Origin: Dendrobates tinctorius
Taxonomy: Eukaryota
Assembly (NCBI RefSeq): GCF_039654945.1
Contig: NW_027361924.1
Location: 6,820,001 to 6,884,000, forward strand
Direction of reading: 5' to 3'
DNA length: 64,000 nucleotides
The stretch's first letter is position 1; every line of letters starts with the position of its first letter. Below, piece by piece: positions 32,013-45,156 of this stretch. Position numbers and translations under genes: made by a program. Under the pieces are notes generated by a model. The model was not told the DNA's origin, made no database searches, and saw only the letters and a list, made by a program, of their open reading frames with translations.

Positions 32013-35000
32013 GTGAGTGGCCGTGACTGTTCTCACACCCGTGCTTAGTGTGGTGTAGGGCTGCGGAGGGATCGGGACGTTTTTCGGCGCAGTGGTCAGT
32101 GACCGGTCCTCTGGTGGGGTCATGTGACCACATTTGGGGTAGACCCGCCGCCCCCATCCCCCTCAGCCTCACAGGTGGCGGAACGTCCACAAAAAGGTCG
32201 GAGAATCCAGATTATTGGAATTGTGTACAAATGCCTGTAATCTGGAATATTCCCAGGAGCAAGATGCCAGAAGGTGCTACTGTAAAACTACAACTCCCAG
32301 CATGCCCTCCCGTTTTGCCAGACCGTGAGATTCCGGATTAATGGGGCTGGTGGAAAGCTCTGAGCCCGTAGTAGGGCTGTTGTAATCCGGAGGTTTTACG
32401 GTTACCGTGTCACACTCGTATGATGATGAGGGCAGTAGTGTTTGTAGTCCGGTCATCGGAGGGGGACGAGCGGCCGCTCTGGGGGTAATCCGGGCTCTGA
32501 GCCCACTGCTAATCACTCAGGTGGCTGATAACAGAGAGCAATGGATCACATCGCTGACTGCAGACTACCACCCCCAACATGCTGTCTGTGTACACAACAC
32601 ACCGTCCTGTGCAGACCGGACCCAGCCAGGCTCTGAGCCGCCTGCCCCGGGAGACGACTGACACCCAAAACACAGAAGAGTGCAGCACGGGAGAAGCCTT
32701 GTAGGAGAGGGACGGAAGAAAGGTGCAGCACGGGAGAAGCCTCGTAGGAGAGGGACGGAAGAAAGGTGCAGCACGGGAGAAGCCTCGCAGGAGAGGGACG
32801 GAAGAAAGGTGCAGCACGGGAGAAGCCTCGCAGGAGAGGGACGGAGGAAAGGTGCAGCACGGGAGAAGCCTCGCAGGAGAGGGACGGAGGAAAGGTGCAG
32901 CACGGGAGTAGCCTCGCAGGAGAGGGACGGAGGAAAGGTGCAGCACGGGAGAAGCCTCGCAGGAGAGGGACGGAGGAAAGGTGCAGCACGGGAGAAGCCT
33001 CGCAGGAGAGGGACGGAGGAAAGGTGCAGCACGGGAGAAGCCTCGCAGGAGAGGGACGGAGGAAAGGTGCAGCACGGGAGAAGCCTCGCAGGAGAGGGAC
33101 GGAGGAAAGGTGCAGCACGGGAGAAGCCTCGCAGGAGAGGGACGGAGGAAAGGGGCAGCACGGGAGAAGCCTCGCAGGAGAGGGACGGAGGAAAGGGGCA
33201 GCACGGGAGAAGCCTCGCAGGAGAGGGACGGAGGAAAGGGGCAGCACGGGAGAAGCCTCGCAGGAGAGGGACGGAGGAAAGGGGCAGCACGGGAGAAGCC
33301 TCGCAGGAGAGGGACGGAGGAAAGGGGCAGCACGGGAGAAGCCTCGCAGGAGAGGGACGGAGGAAAGGGGCAGCACGGGAGAAGCCTCGCAGGAGAGGGA
33401 CGGAGGAAAGGGGCAGCACGGGAGAAGCCTCGCAGGAGAGGGACGGAGGAAAGGGGCAGCACGGGAGAAGCCTCGCAGGAGAGGGACGGAGGAAAGGGGC
33501 AGCACGGGAGAAGCCTCGCAGGAGAGGGACGGAGGAAAGGGGCAGCACGGGAGAAGCCTCGCAGGAGAGGGACGGAGGAAAGGGGCAGCACGGGAGAAGC
33601 CTCGCAGGAGAGGGACGGAGGAAAGGTGCAGCACGGGAGACGCCTCGCAGGAGAGGGACGGAGGTAAGGTGCAGCACGGGAGACGCCTCGCAGGAGAGGG
33701 ACGGAGGAAAGGTGCAGCACGGGAGACGCTTCGCAGGAGAGGGGCGGAGGAAAGGGGCAGCACGGGAGAAGCCTCGTAGGAGAGGGGCGGAGGAAAGGGG
33801 CAGCACGGGAGAAGCCTCGCAGGAGAGGGACGGAGGAGAGGTGCAGCACGGGAGAAGCCTTGCAGGAGAGACGCTGCAGCGTGGACCGTTCCTTTGAGCA
33901 GTCAGGTGATGTAATGGGTGGCATCGCGGAGATGTCGGTGTAATCGTGACCCCGCACACAATGGGCGCAGAGGAGCCAAGATTCCGTCAGTATTGAGTTA
34001 CGGCATCAGAGCAGGAAGAAGGGAAACCAATCTCCAGCGGGCGGCCTGAGCTGCTCACTGCCTCCTGCATCTGCCCCCTGTGAATTCTACTTATTGGGGG
34101 GCACACACTTTGGGCAATGTAGTCCTAGGATCTCGAGCTTCGGTTTACGATGGCGGCATTCAGATCCTAGGGGAGACGCCGCTGCACTGAGACACGTCTG
34201 ATCTGTGGCGCCCCCCCCCCCCCCCCCGGTGCACTAGGAAACGTCTGATCTGTGGCGCCCCCCGCTGGTTTCTTTGTCCTCTATTTGCAGGAGGAAGAGT
34301 TCAAATGGCTCCTGAAGGAAGAGGTGCACTCCGTCCTCAAGCAGCTGCAGGACATCCTGAAGGTCAGCGCACGGACACCACACGTCACATGACGCATCAG
34401 AAAAGATGGCCGCCTGGACCAGTGTAGTGGGAGCAGTACTTAAAGGGGGTCTCCTGCAACCCCAGTGAGGGAGGGGGGCGGATTCAGCTCTTACCATACA
34501 CCTTAGCGGGTTCTTCCTCCGGCTTCCCAATACTTGGGTTCATCTGTTCTCAGTGGGAAGAGCAACTGAAGCCCCACGCCAGACCCCCTGCGTCATCCCT
34601 CCTGCCCTCCGGACCCCTGCGTCATCCCTCCTGCCCTCCGGACCCCTGCGTCATCCCTCCGGGCCCCTGTGTGTGTGCCCTCTCACCCCCTGGGACCCCT
34701 GTGTCATCCCTCCCGCCCTCCGGACCCCTGTGTGTGCCCTCTAACGCTCTGGGCCCCTGTGGGTGCCCTCTCACCCCCTGGGGCCCCTGTGTCACCCCTC
34801 CTGCCCTCCGGGCCCCTGTGTGTGCCCTCTCACCCCCTGGGCCCCCTGTGTCATCCCTCCTGCCCCCTGTGTCATCCCTCCTGCCCTCCGGACCCCTGTG
34901 TCATCCCTCCTGCCCTCCGGACCCCTGTGTCATCCCTCCTGCCCTCCGGACCCCTGTGTCATCCCTCCTGCCCTCCGGACCCCTGTGTCATCCCTCCTGC

Positions 35001-38000
35001 CCTCCGGACCCCTGTGTCATCCCTCCTGCCCTCCGGACCCCTGTGTCATCCCTCCTGCCCTCCGGACCCCTGTGTCATCCCTCCTGCCCTCCGGACCCCT
35101 GTGTGTGCCCTCTCACCCCCTGGGACCCCTGTGTCATCCCTCCTGCCCTCCTTTTGGGCGACTGTGTCATCCCTTCTGCCGTCCAGACCCCTGTGTGTAC
35201 CCTCTCACCCTCCGGGCCCCTGTGTCATTCCTCCTGCCCTCCAGACCCGTGTGTGCCCTCTCACCCTCCGGGCCCCGTGTCATTCCTCCTGCCCTCCAGA
35301 CCCCTGTGTGTGCTCTCTCACCCTCCGGGCCCCTGTGTCATCCCTTCTGCCCTCCAGACCCCTATGTGTGCCCTCTCATCCTCCGGGCCCCTGTGTCATC
35401 CCTCCTGCCCTCCGGACCCCTGTGTCATCCCTCCTGGCCTCCAGACCCCTGTGTGTGCTCTCTCACCCTCCGGGCCCCGTGTCATTCCTCCTGCCCTCCA
35501 GACCCCTGTGTGTGCTCTCTCACCCTCCGGGCCCCTGTGTCATCCCTTCTGCCCTCCAGACCCCTATGTGTGCCCTCTCACCCTCCGGGCCCCTGTGTCA
35601 TCCCTCCTGCCCTCCGGACCCCTGTGTCATCCCTCCTGCCCTCCGGACCCCTGTGTCATCCCTCCTGCCCTCCGGACCCCTGTGTCATCCCTCCTGCCCT
35701 CCGGACCCCTGTGTCATCCCTCCTGCCCTCCGGACCCCTGTGTCATCCCTCCTGCCCTCCGGACCCCTGTGTCATCCCTCCGGACCCCTGTGTCATCCCT
35801 CCTGCCCTCCGGACCCCTGTGTCATCCCTCCTGCCCTCCGGACCCCTGTGTCATCCCTACTGCCCTCCGGACCCCTGTGTGTGCCCTCTCACCCCCTGGG
35901 ACCCCTGTGTCATCCCTCCTGCCCTCCTTTTGGGCGCCTGTGTCATCCCTTCTGCCGTCCAGACCCCTGTGTGTACCCTCTCACCCTCCGGGCCCCTGTG
36001 TCATTCCTCCTGCCCTCCAGACCCCTGTGTGTGCCCTCTCACCCTCCGGGCCCCGTGTCATTCCTCCTGCCCTCCAGACCCCTGTGTGTGCTCTCTCACC
36101 CTCCGGGCCCTGTGTCATCCCTTCTGCCCTCCAGACCCCTATGTGTGCCCTCTCACCCTCCGGGCCCCTGTGTCATCCCTTCTGCCCTCCAGACCCCTAT
36201 GTGTGCCCTCTCACCCTCCGGGCCCCTGTGTCATCCCTTCTGTCCTCCAGATCCCTATGTGTGCCCTCTCACCCTCCGGGCCCCTGTGTCATCCCTTCTG
36301 CCGTCCAGACCCCTGTGTGTGCCCTCACCCTCCGGGCCCCTGTGTCATCCCTTCTGCCCTCCAGACCCCTGTGTGTGCCCTCTCACCCTCCGGGCCCCTG
36401 TGTCATCCCTCCTGCCCTCCAGACCCCTGTGTGTGCCCTCTCACCCTCCGGGCCCCTGGTCATTCCTCCTGCCCTCCAGACCCCTGTGTGTGCTCTCTCA
36501 CCCTCCCGGCCCCTGTGTCATCCCTTCTGCCGTCCAGACCCCTGTGTGTGCCCTCTCACCCTCCGGGCCCCTGTGTCATCCCTTCTGCCCTCCAGACCCC
36601 TGTGTGTGCCCTCTCACCCTCTGTGCCCCTGTGTCATTCCTCCTGCCCTCCAGACCCCCGTGTGTGCCCTCTCACCCTCCGGGCCCCTGTGTCATTCCTC
36701 CTGCCCTCCAGACCCCCGTGTGTGCCCTCTCACCCTCCGGGCCCCTGTGTCATTCCTCCTGCCCTCCAGACCCCTGTGTGTGCCCTCTCACCCTCCGGGC
36801 CCCTGTGTCATCCCTCCTGCCCTCCGGGCCCCTGTGTGTGCCCTCTCACCCCCTGGGACACCTGTGTCATCCCTCTTGCCCTCCGGGCCCCTGTGTCATC
36901 CCTCTTGCCCTCCGGGCCCCTGTGTCATCCCTCTTGCCCTCCGGGCCCCTGTGTCATCCCTCTTGCCCTCCGGGCCCCTGTGTCATCCCTCTTGCCCTCC
37001 GGGCCCCTGTGTCATCCCTCTTGCCCTCCGGGCCCCTGTGTCATCCCTCTTGCCCTCCGGGCCCCTGTGTCATCCCTCTTGCCCTCCGGGCCCCTGTGTC
37101 ATCCCTCTTGCCCTCCGGGCCCCTGTGTCATCCCTCTTGCCCTCCGGGCCCCTGTGTCATCCCTCCGGGCCCCTATGCCCTCTCTTTAGGCCTCTGTGCC
37201 CGCCCTGACATCTGCAGGATTAATGTCTTCTGATATTTTTTTTGTGTCCCGCTTCGTTCCTCTAGGATGCCTCCCGGAGGTTCACCCTCCCCATCGGAGC
37301 AGCAGACGGCACCTCCAAGCAGGAGAACTTTGTACTGGGCAGCTCCAGGTGAGGGCCGGGGGGCTACACGGATGCCGGGGGTCGCAGGCGGCTCTGACTC
37401 TGCCCGTTTTTGCTTTCCAGCACAGACCAGGTGAAGGGCGTCCTGACCCTACAAGGAGACACGCTGTGTCAGGCTGTGAGTATGTTCCCGTTCACTGACA
37501 GCCAGCAGGGTGTTTGTTGCCCGCAGGTTTGGGCTCGGGGGGGGCAGATTTGGGCTCGGGGGGCTGATCCGCACGGTGTCTTGGCTTTGCAGGAAGTGAA
37601 CCTGAAGGTGGCGAGGACCAATCAGACGCTGCACTTCGCTTTCCGGGACGACAAGCAGTGGAAGATGCAGCAGGTGGGCGCACGGCGTCCGGTGTCCCCG
37701 GGGGTCGTAATATTTCAGCTGGATCTGTCAGCAGCAGTTTTCTGTGCTGCAGATGCTGCGGCGCCTCTTTTCTCGCAGGGACATGTAGATATTAATGTTC
37801 TTGGCTCCTCAGATTCAGGATGCCAGGAACCACGTGAATCAGGCGATTTATCTGCTCACAAACCGGGGCGAGAACTACACCTTCCAGACCGGGTCGGAGG
37901 TGCTGAAGGTGAGCGCGGGGTGTCCCCCATAACTGGGGGCTCAGATCAGGGGAGCACCCAGGATGTGACCCGCCCGTCATCTCTTCTCCGCAGCTGATGG

Positions 38001-40396
38001 ACGCCGTGATGCTGCAGCTGACCAGAGCCCGCAATCGCCTCACCACGCCGGCGACCATGACCCTGCCAGAGGTGGCCACCAGCGGCCTGACGGTAACATG
38101 TCCGTGTATCTGCAGCACGGCTGGTGGGAACTACAGGCCCCAGCATGCCCGGATGGGTGCAGATAGTCATGGTATGCTGGGACTTGTAGTACTGGATTAG
38201 CTGGAAATGTTGCAGACTGCCGGCATAGACTGAGGAGGGAGCTGCACAGATGTAACAGAGCTGAGTTGGTCATTGGCACCACGTTGCAGTGTTATGTCCT
38301 AGTTCCGGGCCAGCTCTGCTCCGCCGATCTCGTGCGGCTCTCCGTCACTCCAACTCTTCTCTACTTTTAGAAAATGTTCACCCCGTCGCTTCCTGCAGAC
38401 GTCCTACTCAACTTCTATGTGAACGTGAACAAGCTCTGCCTCCTGGTCTACCAGCTGCACGGCCTGCAGCCCAACTCCACCAAGGTGAGACACTGACACG
38501 AAGCTGCAGCCCTGCAGCCTGATTCACCAAGGTGAAACACTGACACGAAGCTGCAGCTCTGCAGCCCGACTCCACCAAGGTGAGACACTGACACGGAGCC
38601 TCAGCTCTGCAGCCCGACTCCACCAAGGTGAGACACTGACATGGAGCTACTGCTCTGAGACCTGACTCCACCAAGGTGAGACACTGACACGGAGCTACTG
38701 CTCTGCAGCCCAACTCCACCAAGGTGAGACACTGACACAGATCTGCAGCTCTGCTGTCCAACTCCACCAAGGTGGGACACTGACATGAATCTGCAGCCCA
38801 ACTCCTCCAAGGTGAGACACTGGCACGAAGCCTCAGCTCTGCAGCCCAACTCCACCAAGGTGAGACACTGACACAAAGCCGCAGCTCTGCAGCCCGACTC
38901 CACCAAGGTGAGACACTGACACGGAGCCTCAGCTCTGCAGCCCGACTCCACCAAGGTGAGACACTGACATGGAGCTACTGCTCTGAGACCTGACTCCACC
39001 AAGGTGAGACACTGACACGGAGCTACTGCTCTGCAGCCCAACTCCACCAAGGTGAGACACTGACACAGATCTGCAGCTCTGCTGTCCAACTCCACCAAGG
39101 TGGGACACTGACACGAATCTGCAGCCCGACTCCTCCAAGGTGAGACACTGGCACGGAGCCTCAGCTCTGCAGCCCAACTCCACCAAGGTGAGACACTGAC
39201 ACAAAGCCGCAGCTCTGCAGCCCAAGGTGAGACACTGACATGGAGCTGCAGCACTGCAGCCCGACTCCACCAAGGTGAGACACTGACACGAAGCTGCAGC
39301 TCTGCAGCCCGACTCCACCAAGGTGAGACACTGACACGAAGCTGCAGCTCTGCAGCCCGACTCCACCAAGGTGAGACACTGACACGAAGCTGCAGCTCTG
39401 CAGCCCGACTCCACCAAGGTGAGACACTGACACGAAGCTGCAGCTCTGCAGCCCGACTCCACCAAGGTGAGACACTGGCACGGAGCCGCAGCTCTGCGGG
39501 GCTCCTGATAAATCTTAACAGGGTATTGCCGGAAGAAGTTATCAAATATCTACACAGTAAGTGCTAACATCTAGATCTTTAGGGGTCTGATGGCTGAGAC
39601 CCTCACCAGCAGCACAGCCACTGCGGCTCCGGCCTCCTCTCACCGTTGTTTCCTTCCTTCCTTTCTAGAATTTCCGTCCTGCCGGCAGCTCCGTCCTGCA
39701 CAATCCCGGCGCCATGTTGTGAGTATGAAGGGGGCACATACTTCTCAGTGGGGTCTCATCTCAGCATGGACATTACTGTGTTACTAGTATATGATCGCTG
39801 GGGGTCCGGCCTTTGGGACCCCACTAATCCTGAGATGAAGCGTGGGCGGCAGAGGGCGAGCGCTGCTGTGCCGGTAAAACATGGAACCGCACCATGGCTC
39901 CGTCCCTCTCAGTGACCAGCGAGGTCCCAGAGGTCGGACCCCCAGGGGTCGATAAGTGATGGTGTCCAGCAGTATCACATCGTGGACTGAGATGGGAACG
40001 CCCCTTTAAAGAAAACTTCAGGCCAAACTGATCCTCCATGTCCTGTAGGGTGGGAGCCAGCGGAGTGCCTGCTCAGAGTTTTCCCAGCAGCTTTGGCTGT
40101 GACTGGAGGATAATTTCTGCCTACAGCTGTGTTTTCTGCCTCCTCACAGTGAGCTGAACACCCAGCGCTTCGAGGTCAGCCACGTCCATAAGGTGGAGTG
40201 CGTGGTGCCGTGGCTGAACGACGCCCTGGTCTTCTTCACCGTCTCGCTGCAGCTCTGCCAGCAACTCAAGGACAAGGTGCGTGTCCCCCATCTGTCGCCA
40301 CAGCCATCCCGGCCTCCGGGGGCGCTGCTGACCGGTGCTGTGTTTCCTTCACAGATCTCTGTCTTCTCCAGCTACTGGAACTTCCGACCGTATTAA
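31965..40396 (+). CDS. ROGDI: Protein rogdi homolog, 11 coding exons, 867 nt, 288 aa
   Basis: join(31965-32012,34291-34362,37266-37348,37421-37475,37593-37673,37813-37908,37994-38092,38371-38484,39669-39718,40150-40276,40355-40396). All GT-AG with consistent phases; [23 protein letters not shown] and [12 protein letters not shown] motifs; syntenic with GLYR1. Confidence 0.97.
32678..33870. repeat. 43-bp purine-rich minisatellite in ROGDI intron 1
   Basis: GGTGCAGCACGGGAGAAGCCTCGCAGGAGAGGGACGGAGGAAA, about 27 units. Confidence 0.97.
34291..34362 (+). CDS. ROGDI: ROGDI exon 2 ([24 protein letters not shown])
   Basis: tgcAG and AAG|GTCAGC. Confidence 0.96.
34580..37177. repeat. 29-30 bp C-rich minisatellite with two alternating variants in ROGDI intron 2
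   Basis: CCGGACCCCTGTGTCATCCCTCCTGCCCT and CCCCTGTGTGTGCCCTCTCACCCTCCGGG units. Confidence 0.96.
37266..37348 (+). CDS. ROGDI: ROGDI exon 3 (DASRRFTLP...QENFVLGSS)
   Basis: tctAG and AG|GTGAGG. Confidence 0.94.
37421..37475 (+). CDS. ROGDI: ROGDI exon 4 ([18 protein letters not shown])
   Basis: tccAG and GCT|GTGAGT. Confidence 0.95.
37593..37673 (+). CDS. ROGDI: ROGDI exon 5 ([27 protein letters not shown])
   Basis: tgcAG and CAG|GTGGGC. Confidence 0.95.
37813..37908 (+). CDS. ROGDI: ROGDI exon 6 ([15 protein letters not shown]...SEVLK)
   Basis: ctcAG and AAG|GTGAGC. Confidence 0.95.
37994..38092 (+). CDS. ROGDI: ROGDI exon 7 ([33 protein letters not shown])
   Basis: cgcAG and ACG|GTAACA. 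Confidence 0.96.
38371..38484 (+). CDS. ROGDI: ROGDI exon 8 ([38 protein letters not shown])
   Basis: tttAG and AAG|GTGAGA. Confidence 0.95.
38464..39497 (+). repeat. 48-bp tandem amplification of the ROGDI exon 8/intron 8 junction
   Basis: Unit CTGCAGCCCRACTCCACCAAG|GTGAGACACTGACACGAAGCTGCAGCT; the first copy is the real exon end; about 21 extra copies. Confidence 0.96.
39669..39718 (+). CDS. ROGDI: ROGDI exon 9 ([17 protein letters not shown])
   Basis: tctAG and TT|GTGAGT. Confidence 0.95.
40150..40276 (+). CDS. ROGDI: ROGDI exon 10 ([42 protein letters not shown])
   Basis: cacAG and AAG|GTGCGT. Confidence 0.96.
40355..40396 (+). CDS. ROGDI: ROGDI exon 11, coding part ([13 protein letters not shown])
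   Basis: cacAG acceptor, TAA stop. Confidence 0.96.
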   Translation: MSVFSSYWNFRPY

Positions 40397-41161
40397 GTCT
40401 GGCTGGCGGCGCCTCCTCGGGGGAGCTGTCTGCCCCCAGCATGGACTGTGGTCCACTGGCCGGGGCTGACCCTGACCTGTAAGACCCTCCTCACTCCGCG
40501 TCCGGGCCGAGCATGCACGCCGTCATGTGATGTACATTCCGTATTATTTATTACATTCAGCGAGCAAAAAGGGAAATCGTTCAGGACCCCGCCGGGGACA
40601 GCTGCATGGCCACCGCTCCTGCATAGGTAGTCACCCAGCTTTCCCAAGCTCCTGCGTGTCAGATCTGCAGCAGATGTACACTGCACCCTGCCAGGGTTAG
40701 CCGCTCTCATTCATACCCATAAATGCTGGAAAGTGATCTCTACTTTGTCCTGCAAGTGTCAAGCATGCTCTGGGGTTACCATGGCAACTCCAGAGCATGC
40801 GCAATAATTTTTCTGAAAAGGTGCAAAGACCATTTATCTGCTGCTGTCCCCTCCTCCTCGTGCAGGGTGGTGCTGTAGGTCACTTGCTGTAACGCTGCAG
40901 TTACCCTGTTCTGACACCAGGTGGCGCCGGTGTAGGTGGTTTTTTTTCTATTGTCTGTATCCAGCCCTTCCTGTCGTCTGTATACTGTGCGTCCTTTTAT
41001 ATACAGTAGAGTTGTTTTATATGTAGCCACAAGGAACAAGATGTCACCTGCCCTCCCCTCCTCCAACCACCGTTCTCAGCACACACAAGCACACCCACAC
41101 ATGCACCCTCCGCTCACTTATAGCCTTCCTTTTGTAAATAGATTAATGAAAATGTGCTTGA

Positions 41162-41167
41162 AATAAA
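41162..41167 (+). terminator. Probable ROGDI polyadenylation signal
   Basis: AATAAA ~770 nt after the stop, followed by a U-rich stretch. Confidence 0.6.
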
Positions 41168-42149
41168 GAGGCGAGTCTCCTTATCTTTTATTGTCTCCGC
41201 TCCTGAACTTTCCCTGGTCCCCGAACAATGAGAGTGAGATGAGGGCGGATTCCAACAAGGTGGTATTTCGGGAGTGCGGGGTGCAGTCTAAATAACGTGT
41301 CTTGTTCCTGCATCCACCACCAGGGGGAGCTCACCGCTGTCACCTGCAGAATAGGACAGTGTGCATGGGCTCCCTCTGGTGGTGGCTGCAGGTACTGGGC
41401 AATTAATATATTTTAGGATAATTTAGGAACTAACACCAGAGATGGGGATGTAGTCATCTGATAACTTAAAGGGATAATCGAGGATGGCATTCTTCTACAA
41501 ACAGCACCACCCCCAGCTACAGGTTGTGTCAGGTATTGCAGCGCCCCTCTATAGAAGTGAATGTGACTGAGCTGCAGTACCACACATAGCCTGTAGACAG
41601 GGGTGGCGCTGTGTCTACAAGAATTAAAGCTGCTTTTGGAATCCTGGGACAAGCTCTGGCATTCTCCGATCGCCTCCAAAGCGGAATTATTTATTTTTTT
41701 AGCTTTCTTTGTGAACGGAGGAGCCGAACTGGTATAACGGGTTTTATTACTGCTCCGTTGTGGATAATTAACACTGGCGTATAATATTTCTCCCCCCTCC
41801 TCCACATTCCTGCTGCTTCTGACCTTTGGTTTGCAGCTCGACCCGTCCCTGATCTCCATGTGCATTGATAGAGGCTACTGCCCGCGCTCTCTTCCACCAC
41901 CTGCTGGTGCATATGGGAATTGCAGGTGTGTTTCTCATTGGAGCCTGGACACTTATATCGCATTGGTCATCCATAAAATCCAATCATCCCAAAATGGCAT
42001 AATCAAGACTGTCGGCTATAATTAAGGAATTATCCTGGGGTAGGGTGGGGTGCGCCGTCCCTTTAAATAGGCATGAAATCAAGAAATGTTATCTGCAGCT
42101 CCTCATTTAGCGTTCTCTGCAATCCCCATGGGGCACAAAAATCTCTTAA

Positions 42150-42372
42150 AGGGGTGATCTAGTTTATAAAACCCCTTTTTTGATAATAGGTGGGGCAATT
42201 GGCTGCAAAGAACACTAAAGAGCTGATCCATCATCCAAACCATTTGAATTCAATGGGGATTGTGTAATGCCTCATTTCTCCTGCAGGGGCGCTGCAGGGA
42301 CAGAACTCTTGACAGCTGATCGCGGGGGCAGGTGATCATCTGGACTCTTGGTGTCCAAAAATGAGGATCCCT
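42150..42372. mobile_element. Degenerate TTAA-flanked MITE (T2/Kolobok-like)
   Basis: TTAA|AGGGGTGATC ... GGATCCCT|TTAA. Confidence 0.45.
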
Positions 42373-42864
42373 TTAAGGCACCCTTTTAATTGTTTTCTGT
42401 TGTGGAGGGTTCAGTATCGCATGACCAGCGTAGTCCCAAGGGCTAAGTGATGACGTCAAGCCAAAAAGAGGTTAATGCAAAACTCCCTTTTATCACTCGA
42501 TCGGCGTCATCGTCACATGAATGGATTTACATTAATGTCATTTTCTGCTTTTTTTTCCCACGCTATTAATCCCTCAAACCCCAAATCTTTTGCTCCAAGT
42601 GTATAAAGCTCCTCCCCCTCTGCAAGGGCGCAACAGATCTGGAGGTCGTTCGGGGACAAAAATCGCCTTTTTTTTTTTTTTTCTTCCATTCCAACAGTCA
42701 TGTAACTAAGCCGGAGTCACTAATCATACTTGTGTCCTATTGGAGAAGAGATGCAGTTTAAAGCATGGTGGAGAGACCGAGCAGCAGCCTGAACCTCTGA
42801 TGGGAGAGAAAAGGGATTTTTGACTATCTTGCACCCCGATAAACTATGTAGCTGCCTGTATGTA

Positions 42865-44497
<1,633 letters not shown>

Positions 44498-44701
44498 TAA
44501 GAAGGGAGGGATCCACAAATTCATAGGAAGATTTTATATTAAGGGGAAAGAAACGAAAACCCCTTTAAGAGACACTTTTTCCAATAAAGTGGCCCCTGCA
44601 CGTACAGTAGTGGGGTAATGGAAGGCACCGTGGGACCCCCGTGGCTCTATGTACTTCCTTGTCCTTTCATATAAATAGAAAAAAAAAAAGTTTTAAAAAC
44701 T

Positions 44702-44707
44702 TTTATT
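44702..44707 (-). terminator. Possible SMIM22 polyadenylation signal
   Basis: TTTATT (AATAAA on minus) ~360 nt past the SMIM22 stop. Confidence 0.4.
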
Positions 44708-45069
44708 CTACATCAAAATAACTTTTTTTGTTCTTTAAATTGATTTTGAATTTAATGCTCCATTCACACCCAAAGCTGCATCTACAATCCGAGCAGGTCT
44801 CCCAATATAGCTTCACCTCTCATGTAACCGCACACCAATATCAGCCCCGATGGGGAAAAAGATGATTGTGCTCCCCAGTGGTGAATGAGCTTATGGCAGC
44901 ATAAATTCTAATAATGATCTATTAATGCAATCAATGTTATTACGTCCTAAATGTGATAATAATCCAGGAGAAATAATTACAGTCATTGAAATCACCACGC
45001 ATAAGAAAAGCTCAGGGATTCAGTTTCATTGGCTCCATTAGATTTCTGTCAACCCAGGGAAGGCTGCGA

Positions 45070-45120
45070 TTATGGCTCCAGAGCGAGATTGTCAACCCCA
45101 ACCTTCTGTTTATACTTTCT
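45070..45120 (-). CDS. SMIM22: SMIM22 last coding exon (RKYKQKVGVDNLALEP*)
   Basis: Minus-strand ttttttacAG acceptor. The C-terminus GVDNLALEP* matches human SMIM22 as recalled, and the gene is tail-to-tail with ROGDI as in human. Confidence 0.85.
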   Translation of the reverse strand, partial: RKYKQKVGVDNLALEP

Positions 45121-45156
45121 CTGTAAAAAAATGAAAAATTTCTACATTACTGATCC

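Noticed and set aside
32509-33959. 400-480 aa repetitive ORFs
   Set aside because: 43-bp minisatellite in ROGDI intron 1.
34669-37233. Three 800+ aa Pro/Cys-rich ORFs (keratin-associated or mucin-like look)
   Set aside because: Stop-free C-rich minisatellite inside ROGDI intron 2, open in all three frames.
41413-41865. 150-aa minus-strand ORF with an ITIM-like ILYASV motif
   Set aside because: No recognisable domain or supporting exon structure; a single short motif is expected by chance.
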